From positions 870,001-902,000 of the forward strand of contig NC_009776.1 of NCBI RefSeq assembly GCF_000017945.1: 32,000 nucleotides of DNA, written 5' to 3'. A program made the position numbers and the translations under genes. Position 1 is the first letter of the stretch. Every line of letters starts with the position of its first letter. Below, one piece after another: positions 9,024 through 18,132 of the stretch. The DNA comes from Ignicoccus hospitalis KIN4/I. GTDB taxonomy: Archaea > Thermoproteota > Thermoprotei_A > Sulfolobales > Ignicoccaceae. The notes under the pieces are model-generated. The model had not been told where the DNA came from. It searched no databases and worked only from the letters and a program-made list of their open reading frames with translations.

Positions 9024-9521
9024 TTGGGGTTAGAAGAGGTGGCTAGGACCTTCGCCGCGTTGGGACACCCGGCAAGGCTAGCGATGGTGCTGTACTTGAG
9101 TAGGTCTAGGAGAGGCGTGGTCTGGGAGGCCCTCCGCAACGCGCTGTTAGAGCACGGGATGGACGGCGACGAGAGTTACGTTAACTTCCACTTGACGCAG
9201 CTTATCAACGCCGGCGTGGTCCTTAAAGTGAAAGTAAAGAGCGGCTTTTACGTCTACAAGCTCAACAGTAAGATAAACAAGTGGATCCGGCTGAACAAGA
9301 TAAGGGAGGAAACGGAAAAGGGCCCCCCCGGGCCGACCCGCGGGGGAGAACTTGAAGGAGCAGTTGGAGGCGAGGTACATATCGAACACAGAAGCTCTGG
9401 TGATGCTAGAGAAGAGGTGGAAGGAGCTGGGACCGGACGCGAGCAAGATGGAGTACACGGCGATAACGAACAGCGTGAGACACTTGAGGCTAGTGATAAA
9501 GTGCACGTTGGACAAAGTTAG
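9024..9521 (+). CDS. ArsR-like winged-helix DNA-binding protein; C-terminal about 60 aa may be out of frame
   Basis: LEEVARTFAALGHPARLAMVLYLSRSRRGVVWEALRNALLEHG...YVNFHLTQLINAGVVLKVKVKSGFYVYKLN is a canonical ArsR-type wHTH. The following [40 protein letters not shown] is low-plausibility sequence. Confidence 0.7.
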   Translation: MGLEEVARTFAALGHPARLAMVLYLSRSRRGVVWEALRNALLEHGMDGDESYVNFHLTQLINAGVVLKVKVKSGFYVYKLNSKINKWIRLNKIREETEKGPPGPTRGGELEGAVGGEVHIEHRSSGDAREEVEGAGTGREQDGVHGDNEQRETLEASDKVHVGQS

Positions 9522-9705
9522 GGAGTTAGACGAGTTCTTGAAGGAAATGGGCCTCGAAGAGGAAGCCCGCGTCGCGATAGAAAACGAGTGCCCAACCGAA
9601 GTGGACTTCTTGAAGGTGGTGTTAGGCGTAGTTCCAGACTTGGAACTGAGCGAGGAAGAGATGGAACAAATAGTGGAAAAAGTGAGGGAACTCCTAAGCT
9701 CTTAA
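9352..9705 (+). CDS. Helical/coiled-coil protein, 117 aa, possibly the true C-terminal part of the preceding HTH protein
   Basis: [78 protein letters not shown]; frame is open from 9304. Confidence 0.65.
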   Translation: MKEQLEARYISNTEALVMLEKRWKELGPDASKMEYTAITNSVRHLRLVIKCTLDKVRELDEFLKEMGLEEEARVAIENECPTEVDFLKVVLGVVPDLELSEEEMEQIVEKVRELLSS

Positions 9706-10325
9706 AGTTCTTCGTCCTCGCCTAACATTTCTTCTACACTTAGGTCTACCTCGGGCTCCCTTATACAGCCCTTCTCCTTTAAGTTCTGGAACACTTTCTC
9801 TACTGCCTTACTAACCTCTTCTTCCTTCTTCGCGCCGGTAACCACCATCTTACCCGAGGAGAACAAGAGCAAGACCACTCTAGGCTCGTCCAGTCGGTAT
9901 ATGAGGCCCGGGAACTGCTCCGGCTCGTACATGCTGTTCTCCAGCAAGTAGGCCGCCTTCTCCAGGTGGACCTCCACACCCAAGTTGGCGGAGGCCACTA
10001 TGTTCTGTATCTGAATGCGCGGCCTTACCTTGCCGCTCACTATACCTTTCGACTTGAGGATGTAGAATATCTTCTTAACTGCTGTTATTAACTCTTGGGT
10101 GCTCTTCGCGCCGGTAACCACCATCTTACCGGACTTGAATATAAGGGCCGTAACCCTCGGCTCTTCCAACCGGAATATGAGGCCCGGGAACTGGTCCGGG
10201 TCGTATTCCACGTTGCTGTCGAATTCCTTTTCAATTTTCTCTAGGTCTATGTTTTGGTCTATGGAAACCGTGGCTACGATGTTTTCTATTTTTATACTGG
10301 GCTTCGCTTCAGCGTCGAGAGACAA
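9702..10325 (-). CDS. tbp: TATA-box-binding protein
   Basis: Two direct repeats: [24 protein letters not shown]...[35 protein letters not shown] and [21 protein letters not shown]...[34 protein letters not shown]. Confidence 0.98.
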   Translation of the reverse strand: MSLDAEAKPSIKIENIVATVSIDQNIDLEKIEKEFDSNVEYDPDQFPGLIFRLEEPRVTALIFKSGKMVVTGAKSTQELITAVKKIFYILKSKGIVSGKVRPRIQIQNIVASANLGVEVHLEKAAYLLENSMYEPEQFPGLIYRLDEPRVVLLLFSSGKMVVTGAKKEEEVSKAVEKVFQNLKEKGCIREPEVDLSVEEMLGEDEEL

Positions 10326-10378
10326 AGTGAGACCCGCTTTTTAAGGATTTTTAAAGGGTTTAAATATTCTTTGCTCGT

Positions 10379-11755
10379 TTAGATCCCGGTCCACGGCTCT
10401 ATGTAGTCTTTGGGCGCGCTTTCGAAGGGTTCCAAGTACTTCCTCAAAGCCCTCGGAATCCTCACGCGACCGTCCGGCAGTTGATGGTTCTCTAAGATGG
10501 CCGTTATTGTCCTCGTAGTTGCGAGCGCGGTGGAGTTCAAAGTGTGTACGAAGTCGTGTTTCTTCCCTCCCTTTATCCTGTACCTTATCTTCAACCGGTA
10601 GCTCTGCCAGTCCGTGCAGTTGGAGGCGCTTACGAGCTCCCTATACTTGCCTTGGGCAGGATACCAAACTTCCAAGTCGTACTTCTTGGCTGCGGGGCTG
10701 CCGAGCTCGCCCCCGCAGACGTTTACCACCCTGTAGGGGAGCTCCAGCCCTTTGACGAGCTCCTCCGCGTTCCTTATCAGTTCCTCTAAGACCTCCCAGC
10801 TGTCCTCCGGCTTGGAGAAGACGAACTGCTCAACTTTGTGGAATTGGTGAACTCTGAATATACCCTTTAAGTCCCTGTTCCCGGCCCCCGCCTCCTTCCT
10901 AAAGCAAGGGCTCACCCCGGCCAACTTTATGGGCAACTCGCTTTCGTCTATTATCTCTTCCATCTTGTAGGCAGCTAGGGGGTGTTCAGAGGTGGCGATC
11001 AAGTACAAGTCTTCTCCCTCGATCTTGTATATTGCATCCTTGAAGGTCTCGACGTCTATCACGCCCCTCAGCACTTTGTACCTCACCATGTAGGGCGGTT
11101 CCACGAGCACGAAGCCCTTTTTGCTCAAGAAGTCCATAGCGTACATCATTAGTGCGTAATCCAGCCAGACGAGGTCCTTGAAGAGGTAGTAGAAACGGGA
11201 GGAGGCCACTTGGGCGGCCTTGTAGGTGTTGCCGAGCCTCAGCACCTTCTCCAGCATGTCCGCGTGGCCTACGGGCTTCTCCTCTACTACCTCGTGTTCT
11301 ACCTCGAACCCCCACCTCTTCGTCTGCTTCTCGAACTCCTCCAAGTGACCCTTCCAGACCTTCGGCTTCCCCCAGAAGCGGACGGGCACGTTGTGGTCCT
11401 CGTCGCACCCCTCCGGGACGGAGGGGTGGACGAGGTTCGGCAAGGAGAGGAGGATCTCCTCCCTCTTGGCCTCTAACTCCTTCAGCTTCTTCTCAAGCTC
11501 CTCCTTCAATGCCAATAGCTCTTTCGCCTTTTTTATTAGTGCTTCCCTCTCGGCCTTGTCCTTAGCCTTAGCGACTTCGCGGGTTATCTTGTTGTGTTCG
11601 TGGCGTAGCCTCTCCACTTCTTGGAGGGTCTTCCTCCACTCCTCGTCCACCCTTATCGCTTCATAAACGGGTTGGGGGTCTTTGCACCTCTTTTTCATGG
11701 ACTCTATTAGGAGCTCTGGGTTGTTCCTCAGCGCCTCCAAGACGCTCCACGGCAT
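10379..11755 (-). CDS. serS: Seryl-tRNA synthetase
   Basis: N-terminal coiled coil; class II motif 2 [29 protein letters not shown]; motif 3 [36 protein letters not shown]. Confidence 0.97.
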   Translation of the reverse strand: MPWSVLEALRNNPELLIESMKKRCKDPQPVYEAIRVDEEWRKTLQEVERLRHEHNKITREVAKAKDKAEREALIKKAKELLALKEELEKKLKELEAKREEILLSLPNLVHPSVPEGCDEDHNVPVRFWGKPKVWKGHLEEFEKQTKRWGFEVEHEVVEEKPVGHADMLEKVLRLGNTYKAAQVASSRFYYLFKDLVWLDYALMMYAMDFLSKKGFVLVEPPYMVRYKVLRGVIDVETFKDAIYKIEGEDLYLIATSEHPLAAYKMEEIIDESELPIKLAGVSPCFRKEAGAGNRDLKGIFRVHQFHKVEQFVFSKPEDSWEVLEELIRNAEELVKGLELPYRVVNVCGGELGSPAAKKYDLEVWYPAQGKYRELVSASNCTDWQSYRLKIRYRIKGGKKHDFVHTLNSTALATTRTITAILENHQLPDGRVRIPRALRKYLEPFESAPKDYIEPWTGI

Positions 11756-11823
11756 TTCGGGCTCTCCGACGTCCTTACGTGGGGCGTAATATAGGGCCTA
11801 AGTTTGAAGAGGGGAGAAGGGGT

Positions 11824-11920
11824 TGGGCCGGGAGTGACCCGCCCCGCGCCCATCGGACCCCGGGACTCGGGGCTACTAAGCGCGGGACCGGGGTTCCGAA
11901 GGAGGGAGCGTGATGGGGCT
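11824..11920. ncRNA. Candidate structured non-coding RNA or highly structured leader/spacer (strand unresolved)
   Basis: No plausible ORF and very GC-rich. Nested stems: CCCGCGC (11843-11849) with GCGCGGG (11880-11886), and inner hairpin CCCCG-GGACT-CGGGG (11858-11872). Confidence 0.3.
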
Positions 11921-11931
11921 TAAAATTGTTG

Positions 11932-12007
11932 TGGCGCCGGGGGGAGGACTCGAACCTCCGGCCACCGGGTTAACAGCCCGGCGCTCTACCAGCTGAGCTA
12001 CCCCGGC
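11932..12007 (-). tRNA. tRNA-Asn (anticodon GUU), CCA encoded
   Basis: Reverse complement gccgggg-ta-gctc-agctggta-gagc-g-ccggg-ctGTTaa-cccgg-tggcc-ggagg-ttcgagt-cctcc-ccccggc-g-cca folds into a complete cloverleaf. Confidence 0.97.
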
Positions 12008-12030
12008 TCCGGGGGAGGGAGACTCTAACT

Positions 12031-12061
12031 GGTTAATAAATTTTTCGAAAAAGGTTCATAA
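12031..12061. promoter_or_regulatory. Divergent AT-rich promoter elements for the two tRNA genes
   Basis: Only AT-rich stretch in the 79-bp spacer: ggttaataaattttt (12031-12045) about 25-35 nt upstream of tRNA-Asn on the minus strand, and ttcataa (12055-12061) about 29 nt upstream of tRNA-Leu. Confidence 0.5.
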
Positions 12062-12086
12062 CCCCTAGGGCCCCAGCGTCCCCCGA

Positions 12087-12174
12087 GCCGGGGTGCCCGA
12101 GCCTGGCCAAAGGGGTCGGGCTTAGGACCCGATGGCGTAGGCCTGCGTGGGTTCAAATCCCACCCCCGGCACCA
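12087..12174 (+). tRNA. tRNA-Leu (anticodon UAG), type II with long variable arm, CCA encoded
   Basis: gccgggg acceptor pairs with ccccggc; anticodon stem tcggg/cccga with loop ctTAGga; variable arm tggcgtaggcctgc; T arm gtggg-ttcaaat-cccac; a-cca end. Confidence 0.96.
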
Positions 12175-12316
12175 AGGAGCTCCCAAACTCCTCGCCCTTG
12201 ACGGGCCACCTCGCGCAGTTCCTTCATGCGTCCGAGGCGAGCGAGGAAAGGGTTAATGCTTAAGGGGTTCAGGCCCCGTGACCTATCCGCTCACCGATCG
12301 CCCGGCCAAGGTTTCA

Positions 12317-13711
12317 TCACGCGAAACGCCACTCCGTTTCCTTGCCCTTGTCCAACAGCTTGACCCCGAGCTCGTCCAGCTTCGACCTTATATAGTCGGC
12401 CAGCTCCCACTGTTTCATCTCCCTCAGCTTGCTCCTCACTTCAACTAGCAAGTCTATGAACGGCTCAACCCCTTCGTGGACCCTCTCTTCGAAGACCTCA
12501 AAGACCTTGTCGGCCTCGTTGACGAACTCTAAGACGGCTAAGGAGACTTCCCAACTCCCCTCTTCTATGGCCTTGTTGCCCAACCTCAACGCCTCCCTCA
12601 CGGCCGCCCACGCTTCGGGGGTGTTGAAGTCGTTGTCCATAGCGTCGTAAAACTCATTCCTAATCTTCGAGACTTCGTAAATGGCCTTTATTTCCCACTC
12701 GTCCAGCTTGCCCTTTGGACTCTCCTTTTTAACTATCTTCCTCAACTCGTCGACGGTCATTCTCATCCTAGTTAAGCTCCTCTTGGCCTCTTCTAGCCTC
12801 TCCCACGAGAAGTCCAGCTCCGTGCGGTAGTGGGCGGACGACAGCCAGTACCTAACTACTTCCGGCTCGAAGCTCTTCAACACGTCCTTCAACGGCACTA
12901 TGTTGCCCAAACTTTTACTCATCTTCTCCCCTTTGACGGTCAAGTAGCCGGAGTGGAGCCAGTACTTCACCCAAGGCCTGACGCCGAAGCGAGCCTCGCT
13001 CTGAGCTATTTCATTTTCGTGGTGCGGGAAGATCAAGTCCCTAGCGCCGCCGTGAACGTCGAACTGCTTACCCAAGTATTTGCTACTCATAGTGGAGCAC
13101 TCTATGTGCCACCCCGGCCTGCCCTTACACCAAGGGCTGTCCCACCAAGGTTCTCCGGGCTTGGCGCACTTCCATAAGGCGAAGTCGTACGGGTTCTTCT
13201 TGTCCTTGACGAACTCCTCTTGACTCCACATCTTCTTGTCCTTTATCCCGGAGAGCTGGCCGTAGTAGGGGTACTTGTCGACGTCGAAGTAGACCCCGCT
13301 CTGGGTGACGTACGCGTAGCCCTTGTCCACCAAGTCTTGAACGAACTCTATTATGTCGTCTATATGATCTGTGACCCTCGGGTGGACGGTGGGGAAGACC
13401 TTTAGTTTTTTCATGAGCTCGAAGTACTCGTTCGTGTAGGTGTCCGCTACCTCCTTCCAGCTGACGCCGAGCTCCCTCGCCCTGTTTATTATCTTGTCGT
13501 CTATGTCGGTGATGTTCTGAACGTGGATCACGTTATAACCCTTCAACCTTAAGTATTTTTTAATTATGTCGAACGCCACCCAAGTCCTCGCGTGGCCTAT
13601 GTGAGAGTGGTCGTAAACCGTCGGACCGCAGACGTACATCCTAACCAGAGGGGGCTCCAAAGGCTTGAAGTCCTCTAACCTCCTAGTTAACGTGTTGAAG
13701 ACCTTCAGCAA
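12317..13711 (-). CDS. cysS: Cysteinyl-tRNA synthetase
   Basis: [26 protein letters not shown] (HIGH motif), [39 protein letters not shown] (KMSKS). Confidence 0.98.
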   Translation of the reverse strand: MLKVFNTLTRRLEDFKPLEPPLVRMYVCGPTVYDHSHIGHARTWVAFDIIKKYLRLKGYNVIHVQNITDIDDKIINRARELGVSWKEVADTYTNEYFELMKKLKVFPTVHPRVTDHIDDIIEFVQDLVDKGYAYVTQSGVYFDVDKYPYYGQLSGIKDKKMWSQEEFVKDKKNPYDFALWKCAKPGEPWWDSPWCKGRPGWHIECSTMSSKYLGKQFDVHGGARDLIFPHHENEIAQSEARFGVRPWVKYWLHSGYLTVKGEKMSKSLGNIVPLKDVLKSFEPEVVRYWLSSAHYRTELDFSWERLEEAKRSLTRMRMTVDELRKIVKKESPKGKLDEWEIKAIYEVSKIRNEFYDAMDNDFNTPEAWAAVREALRLGNKAIEEGSWEVSLAVLEFVNEADKVFEVFEERVHEGVEPFIDLLVEVRSKLREMKQWELADYIRSKLDELGVKLLDKGKETEWRFA

Positions 13712-13789
13712 GGGTGGACCCCTCGCGAGAAGGGGGCGGCGCTTAATGGGGCTTCAACAAAATAACTTCGCCTCCGCGCCCCTCATGGG

Positions 13790-14656
13790 ATGGAAAAAAT
13801 GCTCGTAAGGCCCCCTGCCGTCGCTGGGACCTTCTACCCGGCCGACGCCGAGGAGCTGATTAGACTGATAGAGTGGAGCTTCACCCACCCCCTGGGACCC
13901 GGAGAGGTTCCAGAAGTCAGCCCCGTGAGGAGGAAGGCTAGCGTCGGTTACATGGTGCCCCACGCGGGCTACATCTACTCCGGCCCCGTAGCCGCTTGGA
14001 GCTACTACCACTTGGCCCAAGAGGGGGCGCCCGAGACGGTAGTGATAATTGGCCCCAACCACACCGGCTTGGGACCGGCCGTATCGGTAATGCCCCCGAG
14101 CATTTGGGAGACCCCGCTGGGGGGCGTGAAGACGGACGATGAGGCCATAAGCGAGCTCCTAAAAGTGAGTAACGTGGTCGAGGAGGACTACAGCGCCCAC
14201 GCCTACGAGCACAGCTTGGAGGTGCAACTCCCGTTCCTACAGTACCTCTTCGGCGACTCCTTCAGGATAGTGCCGATAGTTATGAAGGTCCAGACCCCTT
14301 CGGTGGCGAGGCTGTTAATGCAATCCATAAAGGAAGCCATGGAGAACTTAGGGAGGGACTACGTAGTCCTCTCCTCCTCAGACTTGAACCACTACGAGCC
14401 CCACGACATTACCGTAGAGAAAGATATGCTGGCGCTCGAGAAGATAGTGAACTTAGACCCGGAGGGCCTTCAAGAGGTCTTGGTGAAGTACGACATAAGC
14501 ATGTGCGGCCCCGGCCCGGTTATGGTCAACATGTACTTGGACAAGGAGTACGGCGCGGAGAGGGCGATCTTGCTCAAGCACGCCACGTCCGGGGACACTT
14601 CCGGCGACAAGAGCGCGGTAGTAGGGTACGCGGCGGTCAAGTTCCCCTTGCCTTAA
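13790..14656 (+). CDS. MEMO1/AmmeMemoRadiSam system protein B family
   Basis: VRPPAVAGTFYPADAEEL, YMVPHAGYIYSGPVAAWSY, IIGPNHTGLG, EHSLEVQLPFLQYLF, SSDLNHYEPH. Confidence 0.93.
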   Translation: MEKMLVRPPAVAGTFYPADAEELIRLIEWSFTHPLGPGEVPEVSPVRRKASVGYMVPHAGYIYSGPVAAWSYYHLAQEGAPETVVIIGPNHTGLGPAVSVMPPSIWETPLGGVKTDDEAISELLKVSNVVEEDYSAHAYEHSLEVQLPFLQYLFGDSFRIVPIVMKVQTPSVARLLMQSIKEAMENLGRDYVVLSSSDLNHYEPHDITVEKDMLALEKIVNLDPEGLQEVLVKYDISMCGPGPVMVNMYLDKEYGAERAILLKHATSGDTSGDKSAVVGYAAVKFPLP

Positions 14657-15518
14657 GGGCCTCCGCGGTCAGCCTCAAACCCTCTTCCAAGCTAACCCTA
14701 GGCCTCCACCCGAAGGCCGCCAGCTTCGTGACGTCTGCAACGCTAACCCTCACGTCGCCAGGCCTCTCGGGGAGGAAGACCATCTCTGACTTCGAGCCAG
14801 TTAGTTCAATAATTTTCTTTGCTAGGGTTATTATGCTCACGCCGCGGCCGCTCCCGACGTTGTAAGTTCCTTCGGGGATTTCCCTTACCAACTTGAACGC
14901 TTTCACGACGTCGTCTACAAACACGAAGTCCCTAACTTGCCTCCCGTCGCCGTAAATCCTCAAGGGCTCCCCCTTCAGCGCCCTCCTCAAGAACTCTCCC
15001 ACCACCCCCCGACTGGGGGAGGCGCTGGGGCCGTAAACGTTGAACAGCCTCAAGGTCCAAGCCCTCAACCCGAAGGCCTTGCGGTAGGAATTGACCAAGG
15101 CCTCGCCCGCGACCTTAGTGGCGCCGTAGACGTTTACCGGTTCCAACGGGTGTTCCTCCGGCACCGGGACGACCTTGGCTTCCCCGTAGACTGCGGCCGT
15201 AGAGGCGAACACCACAGAAGCGTCCGCGAGCCTCGCGGCCTCCAACACGTTCAAGGTACCTTCCACGTTCACCCTCACGACCTTTGCGGGCTCCCTCAAG
15301 GACTCCTCCGCCTTGATCTCGGCCGCTAGGTGGTAGACCAGCTCGCAGTCCCTCAGCTCGACCTTCAAGTCGTCCAACAAGAGCACGTTCACCCTCGTGA
15401 ACTTCACGTGAGGGACCGGAGGGGGAGCGAGGTCCAGTACCTTTACCTCGCCTTCTTTCAAGAGTTCTTCGACCAGCTTAGAACCTATGTAGCCGGAGCC
15501 CCCCGTTATGCAGATCAA
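14637..15518 (-). CDS. NAD-dependent sugar-nucleotide epimerase/dehydratase (GalE-like SDR)
   Basis: MICITGGSGYIGSKLVEELL (Rossmann GxxGxxG), VYGEAKVVPVPEEHPLEPVNVYGATKVAGE (YxxxK), LRLFNVYGPSASPSRGVVGEFLRRAL. Confidence 0.93.
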   Translation of the reverse strand: MICITGGSGYIGSKLVEELLKEGEVKVLDLAPPPVPHVKFTRVNVLLLDDLKVELRDCELVYHLAAEIKAEESLREPAKVVRVNVEGTLNVLEAARLADASVVFASTAAVYGEAKVVPVPEEHPLEPVNVYGATKVAGEALVNSYRKAFGLRAWTLRLFNVYGPSASPSRGVVGEFLRRALKGEPLRIYGDGRQVRDFVFVDDVVKAFKLVREIPEGTYNVGSGRGVSIITLAKKIIELTGSKSEMVFLPERPGDVRVSVADVTKLAAFGWRPRVSLEEGLRLTAEALKARGT

Positions 15519-15563
15519 GACGACCTTTCCGGGAGCCGAGAGGCGAGGAGGACAGAAAAGCCT

Positions 15564-16664
15564 TCAGAGCGCGCCGTGGGCCTTGAACCACTCTTCGTAC
15601 ATCTTGAGGGTCTCCTTCTTTATGCTTGGTTTTCTCCTCCTCAAAGCCCACAGCAGGTCGTCCATGGTCACCGGCCTCGGCTCCCCGACGCCGCCGTTCT
15701 TTTCGAAGAGCTCCCTCACCACCCTCATGTAGGCGTCCCTCACCAAGGCCACTATGTCGGCCGACGAGTAGCCCTCGGTCAGCTTCGCCAAGGTGTCCAC
15801 GTCCACGTCTTCGTGCTTCACTTTAGAGAGGGTCTTGAGCAGTAACCTCTTCCTCGCCTCCTCGTTGGGAGGGGGCACGTAGATCCTCTTTTCGAACCTC
15901 CTCACGAAGGCTTCGTCCAACTTCCACGGCTTGTTGGTGGCACCGATGACGTACACTTGAAGGTTCGAGCCCTTGTCTTGCAAGCCGTCCATCTCTTTTA
16001 GGAATTGATTCCTCATCCTGGTCTCGCCGCCGACTTCGTTGGCGTAAGTGCCGAAGAGGGAGTCTACCTCGTCTATGAATATTATGACGGGCTTCCCGGA
16101 GCTCGCCACCTCCCTTGCCTTGTTAAACAAGCTCGCTACGTTCTTCTCGGCCTGGCCTAGCCACTTGCTCATTATCGTCGCCGCGTCTACGTAAATGAAC
16201 TCGGCGTCCAGCTCGTTCGCGACCGCGGCGGCCAGCAAGGTCTTGCCGCAGCCGGGCGGCCCGAACAAGAGTATGCCCCTCGGCCACCCCAGCGGGAACA
16301 AGTCCGGCCTCTTGGCCGGGAACACTATCGCTTCCTCTATAGCCCTCTTCGCGTCCTCGAGGCCCACGACGTCGTCGAAGCTCACCTTAGGCTTAGTCGT
16401 AGTTTCTATCTCTTGTACTACCTCTTCCTTTCCCACGGGCTCGCTCATGATCTCCTCTTGTAAGGCGTTTAACTTGAGCTTTATGTTCTTCAAAGATTCC
16501 AAGTACGCCTTTTTCAAGGGGTGGTCTGGGTACAAGTCTAGGAGCTTCTGTATCACTTCAGCGGCGTTCTTGTAGTTCGCCAGCGCCTCGTCCCTGCGGC
16601 CCACCGCTTCAGCCTCCTTAGCCTTCCTTATGTAGAACTGTGCCAACCTGTCCAGCCTACTCAA
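15564..16664 (-). CDS. cdvC: CdvC, Vps4-like AAA ATPase with N-terminal MIT domain
   Basis: MIT-like helices AQFYIRKAKEAEAVGRRDEALANYKNAAEVIQKLLDLYP; Walker A GPPGCGKTLLAAAVA; Walker B VIIFIDEVDSLF; downstream of cdvA/cdvB. Confidence 0.95.
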   Translation of the reverse strand: MSRLDRLAQFYIRKAKEAEAVGRRDEALANYKNAAEVIQKLLDLYPDHPLKKAYLESLKNIKLKLNALQEEIMSEPVGKEEVVQEIETTTKPKVSFDDVVGLEDAKRAIEEAIVFPAKRPDLFPLGWPRGILLFGPPGCGKTLLAAAVANELDAEFIYVDAATIMSKWLGQAEKNVASLFNKAREVASSGKPVIIFIDEVDSLFGTYANEVGGETRMRNQFLKEMDGLQDKGSNLQVYVIGATNKPWKLDEAFVRRFEKRIYVPPPNEEARKRLLLKTLSKVKHEDVDVDTLAKLTEGYSSADIVALVRDAYMRVVRELFEKNGGVGEPRPVTMDDLLWALRRRKPSIKKETLKMYEEWFKAHGAL

Positions 16665-17416
16665 CTCGACGACCTCCTAATCTTGATTTTCCCCCTCTTC
16701 TCCAACTCGCTTAAGGCCTTCCTGACCTCTTGCTCGCTCACCCCCACGTGTTGAGCGATCTTCCTCACACTGAGCTTGTTGCTGTAGCCGAACTTAACGT
16801 AAGTTTCTATGACCTTATAGACCTTTTCTACGACCTCTTCGAAGTCGTACTTGGCCACCATCCCGTCCACCAACAACACCGGAGAGGGCTCTGGCACGGC
16901 CTCCTCTGCAACCCCGGATACTCTTGGGTTCTCCTCGTTCACGTAGTTTTTGTATATGAAGTCCGTATCCACGTCGGGTAAGGCGGCCTTCCTAGAGGTG
17001 CTTAGAGTCTCTTCCATTCTATTTAAGACCAGCTCTGCTTGCGGCCTCAACGCCTCCGATAGGAGCCACAAGTTGCTCCTGAGCGCGCTTTCGATCTTCG
17101 ACATGGACGCTATCGCATCTACGTACTCTCCCTCCCTCTCCAAGCGCTTCCTTTCCGTCTCTATGATTTTCAACAGCTTCTTTAACTTCATTATTTTATT
17201 GTTGATATCTTCTATGTTCTGCTCCAGCAGCTTGGCCTTCTCGAAGTCGCCCTTCCTCCTCGCCTCTCTGTACTCCTCCGCGAGTTCCTCCCTCTCCCTC
17301 TCGAGCGAGTGGACGTATTTGGCTAGCCTCTCCCCCCACTCGAAGGCTTCGTATAGGCGCTCGAAGTACTTGTCCTTGAGCCTCCTTTCCTTCTTCTTTC
17401 TGAACGGAAATACCAT
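16661..17416 (-). CDS. cdvB: CdvB, ESCRT-III-like protein with C-terminal winged helix
   Basis: Start reassigned to ATG 17416 (MVFPFRKKKERRLKDKYFERLYEAFEWGERLAKYVHSLERE...). Coiled-coil core, C-terminal LSVRKIAQHVGVSEQEVRKALSELEKRGKIKI wH, 4-nt overlap with cdvC. Confidence 0.9.
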   Translation of the reverse strand: MVFPFRKKKERRLKDKYFERLYEAFEWGERLAKYVHSLEREREELAEEYREARRKGDFEKAKLLEQNIEDINNKIMKLKKLLKIIETERKRLEREGEYVDAIASMSKIESALRSNLWLLSEALRPQAELVLNRMEETLSTSRKAALPDVDTDFIYKNYVNEENPRVSGVAEEAVPEPSPVLLVDGMVAKYDFEEVVEKVYKVIETYVKFGYSNKLSVRKIAQHVGVSEQEVRKALSELEKRGKIKIRRSSS

Positions 17417-17454
17417 GGTTCTCTGCACCTCCTCGGAAGGGCGGCGCCGCGGGG

Positions 17455-18132
17455 TCAGTCTTGCAAGTCTATCATTATGGGGGTCGTGGAGGTCTGCGGG
17501 GGCTCTACGGCCTTCGGCTGCTCCCTCACCTCCGCGGGCTCCCTCTCGAGCCTCTCGAGCTTCTCCAGCCACTCCTTCAAGGCCCTCTTCTCCTCGTTAA
17601 CTATTTCCTTCTGCTGTCTGATGGTAGCCGCGGCCTGCTGGTACCTCCTTTCGCTTATCTCGCCGGCTATGTAGCTCATCTGGAGGTTAACCAAGGCTTT
17701 CTCCATTTGTATCATCTGGTCCTCGAGTTCGTTTATCCTTTCCCTTATCATCCTCTTCACGTCTGCGAGCCTCTCCTTCAGCTTGCTCATCTGTTGCTCG
17801 ACCTTCTTCTTCGCCTCCGCGACCAAGTCGGGGTTGAAGTCGTCGTTGTTAGACATGGTCTCTAAGGCCTTCAGCCTCCTCATAGCTGTGTCGAGCTTCC
17901 TGTACACGCTCCTAGCTTCCGACATCCACAAGGGCATTATCACGAGCTTGCCGTCCTTCTTCCCCAGCCTCTCGGCAGGCACGGTGGTGAACTTGTTCTC
18001 CCCGAGGGCGAGCTCCACGGCCTCGACCTCGCCGTCTATGTTAGAGTAAACGCTGACTAAGGTGCCTACCACCCTCCCGAAGGGGTCTTGAACGTGAGAG
18101 CCCACGAACTGTTCCACGAAGCTTATCTCCAT
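17455..18132 (-). CDS. cdvA: CdvA, PRC-barrel plus coiled-coil cell-division protein
   Basis: Start reassigned to ATG 18132 (MEISFVEQFVGSHVQDPFGRVVGTLVSVYSNIDGEVEAVEL...). PRC-barrel-like N-terminus, long coiled coil, Pro-rich tail PPQTSTTPIMIDLQD, upstream of cdvB. Confidence 0.88.
   Translation of the reverse strand: MEISFVEQFVGSHVQDPFGRVVGTLVSVYSNIDGEVEAVELALGENKFTTVPAERLGKKDGKLVIMPLWMSEARSVYRKLDTAMRRLKALETMSNNDDFNPDLVAEAKKKVEQQMSKLKERLADVKRMIRERINELEDQMIQMEKALVNLQMSYIAGEISERRYQQAAATIRQQKEIVNEEKRALKEWLEKLERLEREPAEVREQPKAVEPPQTSTTPIMIDLQD

Noticed and set aside
8921-9139. N-terminal extension of the HAD ORF
   Set aside because: The HAD fold starts at YRATVFDVDGV; the extension overlaps the divergent HTH gene and its promoter region.
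11881-11920. Box C-like gtgatgg considered as a C/D box sRNA
   Set aside because: No box D (CTGA) or C'/D' pair at the required spacing was found on either strand.
11824-11920. 5S rRNA as an explanation for the GC-rich spacer
   Set aside because: Lacks the conserved archaeal 5S core elements and the closing helix I; no match to the expected length and arm pattern.
15564-16664. Plus-strand ORFs within cdvC (15626-15826, 16195-16575)
   Set aside because: Antisense to conserved MIT/AAA motifs; low-complexity translations.
17417-17572. N-terminal extension of the cdvB ORF (MAGEAREAREGARGGEGAAEGRRAPADLHDPHNDRLARLTPRRRPSEEVQRT)
   Set aside because: It overlaps the cdvA C-terminus and reads as out-of-frame sequence; the internal ATG at 17416 gives a normal CdvB N-terminus.
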